Below are positions 38,734 to 49,065 of a stretch of 64,000 nt of DNA, piece by piece. Location of the stretch: the NCBI GenBank assembly GCA_963790475.1, contig CAWBOS010000010.1, positions 1,856,001 to 1,920,000 on the forward strand, written 5' to 3'. How positions within the stretch are numbered: position 1 is the first letter of the stretch; every line of letters begins with the position of its first letter. Source of the DNA: an uncultured delta proteobacterium. Lineage in GTDB: Bacteria; Desulfobacterota; RBG-13-43-22. The notes beneath the pieces are model-generated. The model saw only the letters and a program-made list of their open reading frames with translations. It ran no database searches and was not told where the DNA came from. A program made the translations under genes and the position numbers.

Positions 38734-39909
38734 ATGATAGATTTTTCATTTACGCCGAAAACGCTAAAAGCTAAAAAGTCAGCCCAAGAGGGTGCTGAAT
38801 ATTTAAGGAGTCTGGCCCGTTATTATGACGATCATGAACATGAGGAATTAAAACCGGAAGAAATAAATCGGATAAAAGAACTTTCCGCCAACACCGCTAA
38901 AATCATGGCTGAACCGGGACCGAACGACGGCGGGTTCTTGAGCATGATTGTTCTAAGCGAGGAACAGTCCGCAGGGGATCCCATGATGGGCGGCGCCGCT
39001 TCAAACACCGGACTGGGCAATGCCGCTATCGGGGCCGTAGCCACCGCGGATCAGAAAGCCCGTTTTGGCCACCTGTATTGCGCCATGGCCATCACCGAAC
39101 CCGGTTTTGGTTCTGATACTGCGGCGGTTTCCACAACCGCCAAACTCGACACGGCCACCAATGAATGGGTACTTAACGGGGAAAAGATCTTCGTCACCGC
39201 CGGAAAACGCTGCGAGGCCGTCGTCGTTTGGGCCACGGTGGACAAGAGCAAAGGCCGGGCGGCTATTAAAAGCTTTGTCGTCGAAAAATTCCGCAAGGGC
39301 ATAACCCTGACAAAACTGGAGCACAAACTGGGGATCAGGGCCTCGGATACCGCCTCGATCCTTCTTGAAGACTGTCGTATCCCCTTTGACAATATTCTCG
39401 GTTCACCGGAAGTCAAAGCGGCCAAAGGCGGACAGGTAGGCGTTTTTGCCACCTTCGACGCCACCCGACCGGCAGTAGCTTCCATGGCCCTGGGAGTAGC
39501 CAGGGCCGCCTTGACTTTCACCAAAGAGAAACTGGAAGAAGCCGGGGTTGACTTTCCTTATGACCGGGGTATTCATTCCTTAAGCGCCGTTCAGAAAGAG
39601 GTCCTGGATATGGAGGCCAACCTGGATGTGGCCAGGCTGCTGGTCTGGCAATCGGCCTCCATGCTGGACAAGGCCCAGAGAAACAGCCTGGAGTCCTCCA
39701 TGGGAAAGTCCAAGGCCGGTAGGGCCGCCACTTTGATCTGTCAAAGATGCGTGGCTCTTTTAGGGCCTCTTGGTTACTCACGAGAATGGCTGGCTGAAAA
39801 ATGGATGCGGGATTGCAAGATCAACGATATCTTTGAGGGAACCGGTCAGATCCAGATGCTGATCGTCTGCCGGCAGATCCTGGGCTTTTCGCGGGATCTA
39901 TTAAAGTAA
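38734..39909 (+). CDS. Acyl-CoA dehydrogenase (FadE23-like)
   Basis: AMAITEPGFGSD, NGEKIFVT, KLGIRASDT, IFEGTGQIQ; GGAGG RBS before ATG 38734. Confidence 0.92.
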   Translation: MIDFSFTPKTLKAKKSAQEGAEYLRSLARYYDDHEHEELKPEEINRIKELSANTAKIMAEPGPNDGGFLSMIVLSEEQSAGDPMMGGAASNTGLGNAAIGAVATADQKARFGHLYCAMAITEPGFGSDTAAVSTTAKLDTATNEWVLNGEKIFVTAGKRCEAVVVWATVDKSKGRAAIKSFVVEKFRKGITLTKLEHKLGIRASDTASILLEDCRIPFDNILGSPEVKAAKGGQVGVFATFDATRPAVASMALGVARAALTFTKEKLEEAGVDFPYDRGIHSLSAVQKEVLDMEANLDVARLLVWQSASMLDKAQRNSLESSMGKSKAGRAATLICQRCVALLGPLGYSREWLAEKWMRDCKINDIFEGTGQIQMLIVCRQILGFSRDLLK

Positions 39910-39964
39910 AGGATCTAAAAACAGACTTCCAAACCGTCCTAGCGGGCGCCAAGAAACATAAAAA

Positions 39965-40046
39965 AGGATTCAAGGGGACAGGGATTCAAGCGAAAAGCAG
40001 GGAATTAAAAACCCTCACCCCTTGAATCCTTGAACCCTTGAATCCT
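39965..40046. repeat. Inverted 8-mer repeats (GGATTCAA / TTGAATCC)
   Basis: Seen directly between convergent genes. Confidence 0.7.
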
Positions 40047-40053
40047 GACTTTA

Positions 40054-40821
40054 TTACTTCCAACCCCCACGTGCCCCGCGTCCCATACCCAGAGGTCCGA
40101 CCGGCCAGTTGAAGCCTGTGGTCATTACGGTATCGATATCCTCGGGAGTAGCCAGGCCTTCTTCCACGATCTTGTTGGCCTCCATACGAAGGGCACGATA
40201 AACCCGGTTGCCGATGAAGCCGGTGTCCCCGGGCCTGTCTTTGACCTTCACCGGGACCTTGCCCCATCTGCGGCCGAGTTCCATGGTAATTTCGATCACC
40301 TCAGGCAATACATCCGCGGTCCAGATAACCTCACAGCCTTTCATCACGTTCGCCGGGCTGAAGAAGTGCATACCGATGAAACGGTCCTTGCGACTGGTAA
40401 CCGCCGCCAGATCGGCGATGGTAAAAAATGAGGTGTTGCTGGCGAAAATAGCTTTCTTATTGATTGTCTTATCCAGATCGGCGAATACCTTTAGCTTCAT
40501 GTCTTTGCTTTCCATTTGACCGGGGCCGCCGCCAATAGCCTCGATCATGAAGTCCACGTTTTTAAGATCCTCGACCTTGCTGGTCACTGTCAATAAACCC
40601 CGGGCCTTGTCGGCTTGGTCCTGCGTCAGCTTGCCCCGCTGGACAGCTCCGGCCAGGCCGAACCGTCCGTTGACAATGTTGTCCATGGTTTTAGCGACAA
40701 TTTCATCCGTCAGATCACGACAAATGACCTTGTAGCCCGCGACTATCGCCGACTGGCTTATACCCTGCCCCATCAGACCGCCCCCAAGCACACCGATTGT
40801 TTTGATGTCGTCAATATTCAT
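40054..40821 (-). CDS. 3-hydroxyacyl-CoA dehydrogenase (copy 2)
   Basis: Same length (255 aa) and highly similar to copy 1; GGAGG RBS before MNIDDIK. Confidence 0.92.
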   Translation of the reverse strand: MNIDDIKTIGVLGGGLMGQGISQSAIVAGYKVICRDLTDEIVAKTMDNIVNGRFGLAGAVQRGKLTQDQADKARGLLTVTSKVEDLKNVDFMIEAIGGGPGQMESKDMKLKVFADLDKTINKKAIFASNTSFFTIADLAAVTSRKDRFIGMHFFSPANVMKGCEVIWTADVLPEVIEITMELGRRWGKVPVKVKDRPGDTGFIGNRVYRALRMEANKIVEEGLATPEDIDTVMTTGFNWPVGPLGMGRGARGGWK

Positions 40822-41106
40822 CGCTGAACCTCCTTTTTTGGTTTTATTTATTCTTATGTTGAGAAAAAGGTATAAGGGAAATTGAATGTCTGTCAAGAAA
40901 AAATTTTACCGGAAACAGTTTTTCTTTTTTCTTCCAGCATTTCCGTTTTTTCCTCTTGACCGCTCAGGCCACTTCTTTTATAATCTTTTTTCAAAGAAAA
41001 ACTTCTATTCGAGAGAACAACGTTAACCGACACAAACCCGATAATACCTTTGGAGATCCGTGCTGCCGAAACCTTTACTCTACCCATCAAAGAAAGGAGA
41101 CTGACC

Positions 41107-41733
41107 GTGAAGAACTTCAGGATGTTGTGGTTGGTATTGCTTGCAGTGAGCTTAGTACTCAGTTCGCCTTTTTATGCCCTGGCGGACGAACCCCAACTTC
41201 TTAAGGGCATCCCGCTTGAATGGAAACCGGCGGATGATGCGAGATCCCTGAAAGCGATCGATTTGTCGGTTTACCAAAACACACATTTCATGATTACGCC
41301 TTTCAATGATTTCAGAAAGAACCCCGCCGAGATAGGAGTGAATATCGAGAAAAGATTGTCCAGCTCGGAACTGCCTGTTACCACGAAAGATAATGTGGCC
41401 AACTGGGTGACATTCTATTTTTCGAAAACGCTTTCTGATTTTGATATGGACGTCGTCAAGGAAAAAGGCAACCTGACACTGGAGGCGGATATCATGAAAT
41501 TTTTCGTCACCGAACAATCTATCTATAAGGGGCAGGTTGCCTTGAAAGTCCGGTTATTATCAAAAACCAAAGCCGTAATCTGGGAGGAAATGATAAGCGG
41601 TGAGTCGATCCGCTTCGGTAAATCCTATTCTGCCACTAATTATTATGAAGCCCTGAGCAATGCCGTTATTTCCGCTGTGCATTCGCTCTTGAAGAATGAT
41701 GCCTTTAAGAATGCGGTCCAAAAGGGCAAATAA
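41107..41733 (+). CDS. Secreted protein of unknown function (YajG-like fold possible)
   Basis: AGGAG RBS + GTG; signal peptide ending ALA. Confidence 0.65.
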   Translation: MKNFRMLWLVLLAVSLVLSSPFYALADEPQLLKGIPLEWKPADDARSLKAIDLSVYQNTHFMITPFNDFRKNPAEIGVNIEKRLSSSELPVTTKDNVANWVTFYFSKTLSDFDMDVVKEKGNLTLEADIMKFFVTEQSIYKGQVALKVRLLSKTKAVIWEEMISGESIRFGKSYSATNYYEALSNAVISAVHSLLKNDAFKNAVQKGK

Positions 41734-41926
41734 CCGGTTTCCTGCTCAACAATAAACTTCGAACCAACCGGGGGCAAGGTATGACAAGACTCTGCGAGCA
41801 TACCTTTCCCCCTTTGATAGCCTTCTTTTATAACGTCAAGCATTACCTGATCCTATTTCCAAAAAAAATCAATGACCCTTAGGGGCCACAAGCTTATCGC
41901 CTCAAGGGGTTTTACGGCATCAAGGT

Positions 41927-43390
41927 CTACTGATCCTGATTGAGATGGAAGGTCTCTTTCTGTTGACCTAAGAGGTCTAACAGCCTCTCATGTATACGAT
42001 CAAAACCCCCATTGGACATAATTAAAACAATGTCTCCGCTTTTAAACTGGCGAGAAAGGAATTCTAAGATCTCATCCGTAGCCGGGAAGTAGCGGGCCTG
42101 TTTACCGACAGATATCAGCTCTTCAACCAATCGGACTGAGGAAAATCGTTCCCCTTCGGGAATCTTTTCCAAGTCCGGGGCCTCCCGGATCACGATCAAG
42201 TCCGCCCCTTCGAAAGAGGAAACATAGTCATTTTGAAAAATATTGCGCCGGCTGGTGTTGGTCCGGGGTTCAAAGACGGCGATCAGCCGCCGGTCCGGAT
42301 ATTGAGATCTTACGGCCCGGATAGTTTCCCGGACCGCCGTTGGGTGATGGGCAAAATCATCGATCACCGTGACCCCGGCCCGGACCCCACGAATCTCCTG
42401 CCGGCGATGAATTCCTTGGAATCCTGCCAACCCCCGGGCAATGTCTTCCGGATTCAAGCCCACATGAATCAATATCGGAATCAAGGAAAGGAAATTAAGG
42501 GCGTTGTGCTTGCCGATCAACGGGGAATCAAAACTATGCCAAAACGCACCGCGCCGATAAACTGTGAACCGGCTGCCGTTTTCGTGGGTAGTCAAATCTT
42601 CCAAATGCCATTCCCATTGGTTTTCCATCCCATAGGTTTCCACAGGACAGGGGGCCTGATGAAGGATTTCCTGAATCCGGGGATCGGCACCATGAACCAC
42701 CAGTAAACCCTCTTCGGGGATAATGGACAGGAATCGAGAAAAGGCTGTTTGAATGGCTTCAACATCAGGATAGATATCGGCATGGTCGAACTCGATACTG
42801 GTTAGAACCGCAAAGTGCGGCCGGTAATGGAGGAACTTGGGGCCTTTGTCGAAAAAGGCCGTATCATATTCATCCCCTTCTATGACGAAATAGGGTCCCG
42901 CCCCAATCTGATAATTCCGTTCATACCCCATTAAAATCCCCCCAATCATAAAAGAGGGTTCAAGTCCCGCCTGGTCCAGAATGGAAGCCAGCAGGGACGA
43001 GGTCGTCGTCTTACCGTGTGTGCCGGTTATGACCAGAGAAACCTTGTCCTGAAGAAAGAATTGGGCCAGGGCCTGGGGAAAGGATAGAAAAGGCAGACCC
43101 AGTCGCATCAGTTCCTGGGCTTCAGGATTAACTCGGGTGATGACATTTCCGACGATGACCAGATCAGGTCGGGACTTAAGATTTTCCGGTCCGTAACCCT
43201 GGATCACCTCGATCCCCAAACCGGATAGAAAGGTGCTCATAGGGGGATAAACCGCCTGGTCGGACCCGGTTATGTGGTAGCCACGGTCCTTTAACATCCC
43301 GGCCAAAGAACCCATGCCGGTGCCGCAGATGCCCAGGAGATGGATGTGATGTATTTTTTCAGGAAGATAATTCCTGGATAAGTCGATCAT
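41927..43390 (-). CDS. mpl: Murein peptide ligase Mpl
   Basis: IHLLGICGTGM, GTHGKTTT, EGDEYDTAFFDK, DDFAHHPTA, MSNGGF. Confidence 0.93.
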   Translation of the reverse strand: MIDLSRNYLPEKIHHIHLLGICGTGMGSLAGMLKDRGYHITGSDQAVYPPMSTFLSGLGIEVIQGYGPENLKSRPDLVIVGNVITRVNPEAQELMRLGLPFLSFPQALAQFFLQDKVSLVITGTHGKTTTSSLLASILDQAGLEPSFMIGGILMGYERNYQIGAGPYFVIEGDEYDTAFFDKGPKFLHYRPHFAVLTSIEFDHADIYPDVEAIQTAFSRFLSIIPEEGLLVVHGADPRIQEILHQAPCPVETYGMENQWEWHLEDLTTHENGSRFTVYRRGAFWHSFDSPLIGKHNALNFLSLIPILIHVGLNPEDIARGLAGFQGIHRRQEIRGVRAGVTVIDDFAHHPTAVRETIRAVRSQYPDRRLIAVFEPRTNTSRRNIFQNDYVSSFEGADLIVIREAPDLEKIPEGERFSSVRLVEELISVGKQARYFPATDEILEFLSRQFKSGDIVLIMSNGGFDRIHERLLDLLGQQKETFHLNQDQ

Positions 43391-43608
43391 GGATATCGAC
43401 GGACCTCCTGCTTGTTTTTATAAGGTAATATACCGCCCCGGGGTTCTCGTCAACTTTAAACACCAAAGGGAAAATAATTTATACCCCATTTTTTCTTGAC
43501 TCATTCAGGGTAATCCAATACATTATTTCTGCCCAATTTGAAGTTTTTATAACCGGGACCGCACTGTCATAATAATTTGAATCCTGCTAATCAAGGAGGA
43601 ACTCTTAG

Positions 43609-44226
43609 GTGATTATTCAATCATTAACCGTCGGGCCTATTCAGGCCAATTGTTTTATCTTGGGTTGTGAACAAACCCAAGAAGCCGTGGTCATTGACCC
43701 CGGAGATGAGGCCAGACGTATCCTGAGCGGTCTGCAAAAGAAGGCCTTGACCCTGAAATACATCATCAATACCCACGGACATTTTGATCATGTGGGGGCC
43801 AATAAGGCCTTAAAGGATATGACCGGGGCCCCCGTACTGATTCATCGAGGGGATGCGCCGATGCTGGCCAACCTTTCGGCCAGCGCCGGTATGTGGGGAA
43901 TGCGCGCCGAGGATTCCCCTCCGGACCAGTTTATCAAAGACGGTGATCGCATTGTCTTCGGACAGATCACCCTGGAAGTGATTCACACCCCCGGCCATTC
44001 TCCGGGTGGGATTTCCCTTTACACGCCCAAAGTTGTCTTTGTAGGGGACACCCTGTTTGCCGGTTCCATCGGACGTACTGATTTTCCGGGCGGGGACTAC
44101 GACCTGCTGATCTCCGGTGTGCGAAATCGGCTTTTTGTCCTGGGGGATGACGTCCAGGTTTTTCCCGGTCACGGCCCGGCCACCACTATCGGTTACGAAA
44201 AAAAATATAATCCGTTTTTTAGTTAA
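43609..44226 (+). CDS. MBL-fold hydrolase, glyoxalase II-like (YcbL/GloC type)
   Basis: THGHFDH, HTPGHSPG, GDTLFAGSIGRTD, PGHG. Confidence 0.9.
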   Translation: MIIQSLTVGPIQANCFILGCEQTQEAVVIDPGDEARRILSGLQKKALTLKYIINTHGHFDHVGANKALKDMTGAPVLIHRGDAPMLANLSASAGMWGMRAEDSPPDQFIKDGDRIVFGQITLEVIHTPGHSPGGISLYTPKVVFVGDTLFAGSIGRTDFPGGDYDLLISGVRNRLFVLGDDVQVFPGHGPATTIGYEKKYNPFFS

Positions 44227-44383
44227 GCCCCCCTGCCCTTTCAGCCCCTTTTTACCGAAAAGCTTAGGAAATAATCTGGTCTTGTTTCTTAGGCTTTTCG
44301 TTAATAAAAGCCCCTTTATCGATAAATCCCCTTGCTTTGAACCTTAGCTTGCAATACAATTTTAATAAAAAGATACACATCTG

Positions 44384-44741
44384 GGAGGAAGGCTTTTACG
44401 CCGTTCAGTTTAAGAATACCCTCCGAGAAGGAAGAGATGATCCGAAAAGCAGCCACCAAAGCCAGGAAAAAGAAAACCTGTTTTATTTTAGAAGCCGTTG
44501 ATGAGAAATTGGGCCTCCATAAGTCCCGGGAGCCGGTCGTTCGGGAAACGGCCGGAGGGCTGACTCATGAAGAATCTGAGGATCAGCGTCAGGCTGGAAA
44601 GGTATTTGATCAGGTGAAAAAGAAGAACTGGGCTTGAAACTGATCCTGGATACCCAAATCCCCATCAATGACGTCTGGTTCCTAATTGTTTCGATTGAGC
44701 TCTTAGGAAAGAATGAGTTGAAAAAAAGGATTCAGCAATGA
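44384..44741 (+). pseudogene. Decayed vapBC-like toxin-antitoxin: RHH antitoxin fragment plus internally deleted PIN toxin
   Basis: FSLRIPSEKEEMIRKAA...FILEAVDEKL; overlapping TTG 44634 LKLILDT joined directly to QIPINDVW (first and late PIN motifs). Confidence 0.6.
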
Positions 44742-45613
44742 AGTTTATTCGAGAACCTCATGGGACATACACCGTTGGAATAGTTCAATCCACTATTTTC
44801 CAGGGAGACGCCGAGAATCTTATAGAACGTTTGCCATCGGATTTTTTTCGATGTTGTGTGACTTCTCCTCCTTACTGGGGGCTTAGAGATTATCAAGCTA
44901 AAGGCCAGATAGGTGCCGAGGATGATCCTGACGAGTATATCAACCGCTTGGTAGCCGTATTTGAACAAGTCCGGCGTGTGCTGAAGGAAGATGGGACTTT
45001 CTGGCTGAATATCGGAGACAGTTACACGAGTGGAAACCGCGGGTATAGGGCTCCGGATAAAAAGAATCCAGTAAGGGCTATGTCTTACCGCGCAAAAACA
45101 CCTTACGGATTAAAACCAAAAGACCTGGTTGGCGTTCCATGGCGGCTGGCGTTTGCCCTTCAAAAATCAGGGTGGTATCTGCGAAATGACATCATTTGGG
45201 AAAAACCAAATTGTATGCCGGAAAGTGTCAAAGACCGGCCTACGCGCTGTCACGAGTATTTGTTTCTTTTCTCCAAATCAATAAAATATTATTATGATTA
45301 TTTAAGCGTTCAGGAGGTCAATGGCCGAAATCGACGTACAGTATGGTCTATTCCGACAGAGCCGTTTACAGGCGCCCATTTTGCTACGTTTCCCCCAAAG
45401 CTTGTGGAGCCTTGTATTTTAGCAGGTTCTGAACCCGAGGACTGGGTTTTAGATCCTTTTTTTGGTTCCGGGACAGTCGGAGTTGTTTGTGAACAGCAGC
45501 ATCGAAAATATGTAGGGATTGAATTGAACCAAGATTATGTCAAATTAGCATTAACGCGAATCAGAAATACGGAATCCTTGCTTTTCACCTATGATCGGAA
45601 GGTTGCCCAATGA
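44738..45613 (+). CDS. N4-cytosine DNA methyltransferase (beta class)
   Basis: TSPPY precedes HFATFP and LDPFFGSGT. Confidence 0.92.
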   Translation: MKFIREPHGTYTVGIVQSTIFQGDAENLIERLPSDFFRCCVTSPPYWGLRDYQAKGQIGAEDDPDEYINRLVAVFEQVRRVLKEDGTFWLNIGDSYTSGNRGYRAPDKKNPVRAMSYRAKTPYGLKPKDLVGVPWRLAFALQKSGWYLRNDIIWEKPNCMPESVKDRPTRCHEYLFLFSKSIKYYYDYLSVQEVNGRNRRTVWSIPTEPFTGAHFATFPPKLVEPCILAGSEPEDWVLDPFFGSGTVGVVCEQQHRKYVGIELNQDYVKLALTRIRNTESLLFTYDRKVAQ

Positions 45614-46575
45614 AAAAATTAAAGGTCCCAGAACCTGATTTGCAGATTACTTTTTTCCGTCGTCTTCAGGAAATTCGGCACACCTACCTGCTGAGTGCCC
45701 TCTTATCCACGGTAGCACGTATGGAAATCGCTGAAATCGACCGCCAGTTAGCCAGTTTTGTCTCCGGAAAAGGACTTCAGCGGGTAGCCGGTTGGGGTCT
45801 TCGAGGAGAGTTAGTTTTTGCCATGCCATATGTTCTTAAAGAGAATCCTCGGCTACTGGGGTATTACCGATTACTTCTGGGTTTCTCCCAAAAACAATTC
45901 TACGGAGACCGTTATGGAATTACTTCTTTTAAATCCATGGAAGAAAAGGGACGGCTTTCATCTGAAAACGAATCTTTTCTAAATGAACTATGCCAAATAC
46001 TTTGCAACAGCGCAGAACACCTGACCAAGGGGATTCCCCGGCTTACCCCGGAAGGATTACACGAACTGACATTGCTCACTCTGGGACCTCAACTAAGAGG
46101 TGGTGCTCTTAACATAATGGGCAGTAAGGCCACAAAGAAAGTTTTTGATCTCATTAATTCTTTGTTGTCCTCTGTCGAAATAAAAAAAGTTGAAAAATCT
46201 ATGGAGGTCCGGAATGCGGCTGGTCGGATTGTTCAAGTTGAATTTGCTAACGATCCCGACATCTGCATTAGGGAAAAACTCCCTTCCGGAAGATATCGAA
46301 ATTTGGTGGCAATCGAGATTAAAGGTGGCCGTGATTATTCCAACATTCATAACCGCATCGGTGAAGCCGAGAAGAGCCACCAGAAGGCAAGAAAAGAAGG
46401 GTATGTAGAATGTTGGACCATTGTTGGGGTAGTAGATCTCGACCTGCCACAGGCAAGAAGGGAGTCCCCTTCCACAGATAGATTTTACCATATTGACAAA
46501 ATTGCGGACAAGGTATCAGATGAAGTAGAAGACTTCCGGGAAAATTTACTGGCCCGAATAGGCATAAATGCATAA
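45610..46575 (+). CDS. Type II restriction endonuclease, XcyI/Cfr9I-like (CCCGGG predicted)
   Basis: PD...AIEIKGG...SNIHNRIGEAEKSHQKA; YYRLLLGFSQKQFY; translationally coupled to the m4C MTase; family assignment from recall. Confidence 0.8.
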   Translation: MKKLKVPEPDLQITFFRRLQEIRHTYLLSALLSTVARMEIAEIDRQLASFVSGKGLQRVAGWGLRGELVFAMPYVLKENPRLLGYYRLLLGFSQKQFYGDRYGITSFKSMEEKGRLSSENESFLNELCQILCNSAEHLTKGIPRLTPEGLHELTLLTLGPQLRGGALNIMGSKATKKVFDLINSLLSSVEIKKVEKSMEVRNAAGRIVQVEFANDPDICIREKLPSGRYRNLVAIEIKGGRDYSNIHNRIGEAEKSHQKARKEGYVECWTIVGVVDLDLPQARRESPSTDRFYHIDKIADKVSDEVEDFRENLLARIGINA

Positions 46576-46581
46576 AAAAAT

Positions 46582-49008
46582 ATGGAATCTTTTAAGGACA
46601 TTAAGACCCAGCTCCATGAAGCCTTAAATGAATGTGCCCGTCTGCGGAAGGAAAATGATCGCCTAAAGAAATTAATTGGAAGACCTTCAGAGGAAACTTT
46701 ATCTCCCCCAAAACTTACCCTTTCAGAATTCTCAATCCCATATTCCTCTTCTGAAACAAAAGTCAGTAATAACTCCCCGCCTGAAGCCAAAGTAAATCTG
46801 TTTAGAAGTTTATTCCGTGGCCGCGATGACGTTTATCCGGTTCGTTGGGAACGAAAAGACGGACGGTCCGGTTATTCTCCGGCCTGCGTTTATGAATGGA
46901 AAAGACCCCTGTGCGGAAAACCAAGGGTAAAATGTGCCAATTGCGAAAACCGCAAGTTCCTGCCGGTAACGGATGAAGTTATCCAGAACCATCTAATAGG
47001 AAAGCATACCATTGGGGTTTATCCTCTGCTTTCTGATGAAACCTGCTGGCTTTTGACCGCCGATTTCGACAAGAAGACCTGGAAGGAGGACACCGCTGCT
47101 TTCCTTAACAATTGTAATAAATTGGGAATATCGGCGGGCCTGGAACGTTCCAGATCGGGGAAAGGAGGACATGTCTGGATTTTCTTTGATTGCCCTGTTT
47201 CAGCCTCTCTTGCCCGAAAGCTTGGGTGTACCATCTTAACCCGGACACTCGATCAACGGCATCAAATGGGACTGGATTCTTATGACCGCTTTTTCCCGAA
47301 TCAAGATACCCTGCCTAAAGGTGGTTTTGGCAACCTTATCGCCCTCCCCCTGCAATGGGCTCCAAGAGAAAAAGGTAATAGTGTATTTCTTAATCCTGAG
47401 GGGTTTCCATATCCCGATCAATGGGAATTCCTTTCAAACCTTGAGAAACTTTCATTCGAAAAACTGGAGGCAATTCTCCAAGATGCTTCCAAAACGGGAC
47501 AGATCATAAACATACGGATAAGTCTTGAGGATGAAATTGCAGACGAAGATCCTTGGACCCTGCCACCCTCTCAGAAGAAAATTGAAAAACCCATTTCCGG
47601 TCCTTTTCCTCAGTCTGTTCGACTGGTCCAAGGAAATCTGATCTATATTGAGAAAAAAGGACTTCCTCCCGCTTTAATTTCGCGATTGATTCGTTTGGCC
47701 GCCTTTCAAAATCCTGAATTTTACCGGGCTCAAGCCATGCGCCTCCCGACTTATGACAAGCCTCGGATTATCTGTTGCGCGGAAGACTTTCCTGAGTATA
47801 TTGGTTTACCTCGAGGAAGTTTGGATGAGATTCTGGCCCTGTTCCAAACCCATGGCGTAAAAAGTCAACTCATTGATGAACGTTATAAAGGACACGGCAT
47901 TAAGGCAGAGTTTGTTGGAAAATTAAGGCCGGATCAGGAAAAAATTACCGCTGCTTTAATTCCCTATGATATTGGGATTCTTTCAGCCCCTACCGCCTTT
48001 GGCAAAACCGTGCTTGCCGCCTGGTTTATTGCGGCAAGAGGAGTTAATACGCTAGTATTGGTCCATCGCCAGCAACTCTTAGATCAGTGGCGGGACCGGT
48101 TGGCCTTCTTTCTGGATATTGCCTTAAAAGAAATAGGGCAGATAGGAGGTGGTAAAGATCAGCCGTCCGGAAATATAGATGTCGGAATCCTCCAAAGCCT
48201 GAACCGCAAAGGAAAAGTGAAGGATATAGTGGCCGAGTACGGTCAGATCATTGTGGATGAGTGTCATCATATACCGGCCTTTTCATTCGAACAGGTATTA
48301 AAAAAGGTCAAAGCGAAATATGTACTGGGATTAACAGCCACTCCTGTTCGAAAAGATGGCCATCATCCGATTGTCCTGATGCAATGCGGTCCAATTCGGT
48401 TCAGAGAAAATCCCCAAAAAGCAACAACAATCCAGCCTTTTGAACATGTCGTATTCCCGAGAAAAACTAATTTCAGACTTCCAGAGATGTCCATTAAGAC
48501 TACTGTTCAGGATATTTATAGCGCCCTGATAATGGACCAAGAACGCAATGATTTTATTTTTGATGACCTTTTATCGGCCCTCGAAGCAGGAAGATCGCCT
48601 TTATTATTAACCGAACGGACTGAACATTTGAATTTCTTTTCCTCCCGCCTTGAAAAGTTCGCGCGAAATGTGATTGTCCTTAAAGGGGGCCTTGGGAAAA
48701 GACAACGGCAAATACTATTTGATCAGCTAAAATCTATCTCCGGGGAAGAAGAACGGGTTATTATATCCACCGGACGTTATATCGGAGAAGGTTTTGATGA
48801 TGCCCGACTGGACACGTTGTTCTTGGTGATGCCGATTTCCTGGCGAGGCACATTGGAACAATATGTAGGACGATTACATCGCATCCATGAAAATAAGAAA
48901 GTCGTTCAAGTTTACGATTATTTGGATACTAACGTACCGATGCTTGTTCGGATGTATCAGAAACGGCTAAAAGGTTACAAAGCTATTGGATACCTCATTG
49001 AAAAATAA
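46582..49008 (+). CDS. AEP primase-like (TOTE-associated) domain fused to SF2 DExH helicase
   Basis: LFRGRDDVY, GVYPLL, ADFD, RSRSGKGGHVW, DRFFPNQD; PTAFGKT, DECHH, TAT, QYVGRLHR. Confidence 0.85.
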   Translation: MESFKDIKTQLHEALNECARLRKENDRLKKLIGRPSEETLSPPKLTLSEFSIPYSSSETKVSNNSPPEAKVNLFRSLFRGRDDVYPVRWERKDGRSGYSPACVYEWKRPLCGKPRVKCANCENRKFLPVTDEVIQNHLIGKHTIGVYPLLSDETCWLLTADFDKKTWKEDTAAFLNNCNKLGISAGLERSRSGKGGHVWIFFDCPVSASLARKLGCTILTRTLDQRHQMGLDSYDRFFPNQDTLPKGGFGNLIALPLQWAPREKGNSVFLNPEGFPYPDQWEFLSNLEKLSFEKLEAILQDASKTGQIINIRISLEDEIADEDPWTLPPSQKKIEKPISGPFPQSVRLVQGNLIYIEKKGLPPALISRLIRLAAFQNPEFYRAQAMRLPTYDKPRIICCAEDFPEYIGLPRGSLDEILALFQTHGVKSQLIDERYKGHGIKAEFVGKLRPDQEKITAALIPYDIGILSAPTAFGKTVLAAWFIAARGVNTLVLVHRQQLLDQWRDRLAFFLDIALKEIGQIGGGKDQPSGNIDVGILQSLNRKGKVKDIVAEYGQIIVDECHHIPAFSFEQVLKKVKAKYVLGLTATPVRKDGHHPIVLMQCGPIRFRENPQKATTIQPFEHVVFPRKTNFRLPEMSIKTTVQDIYSALIMDQERNDFIFDDLLSALEAGRSPLLLTERTEHLNFFSSRLEKFARNVIVLKGGLGKRQRQILFDQLKSISGEEERVIISTGRYIGEGFDDARLDTLFLVMPISWRGTLEQYVGRLHRIHENKKVVQVYDYLDTNVPMLVRMYQKRLKGYKAIGYLIEK

Positions 49009-49065
49009 TAGGTTATGCCTATGTTGAAATCAAGGTGCCCTTCAATATCGAATCGGAGGAACAAC

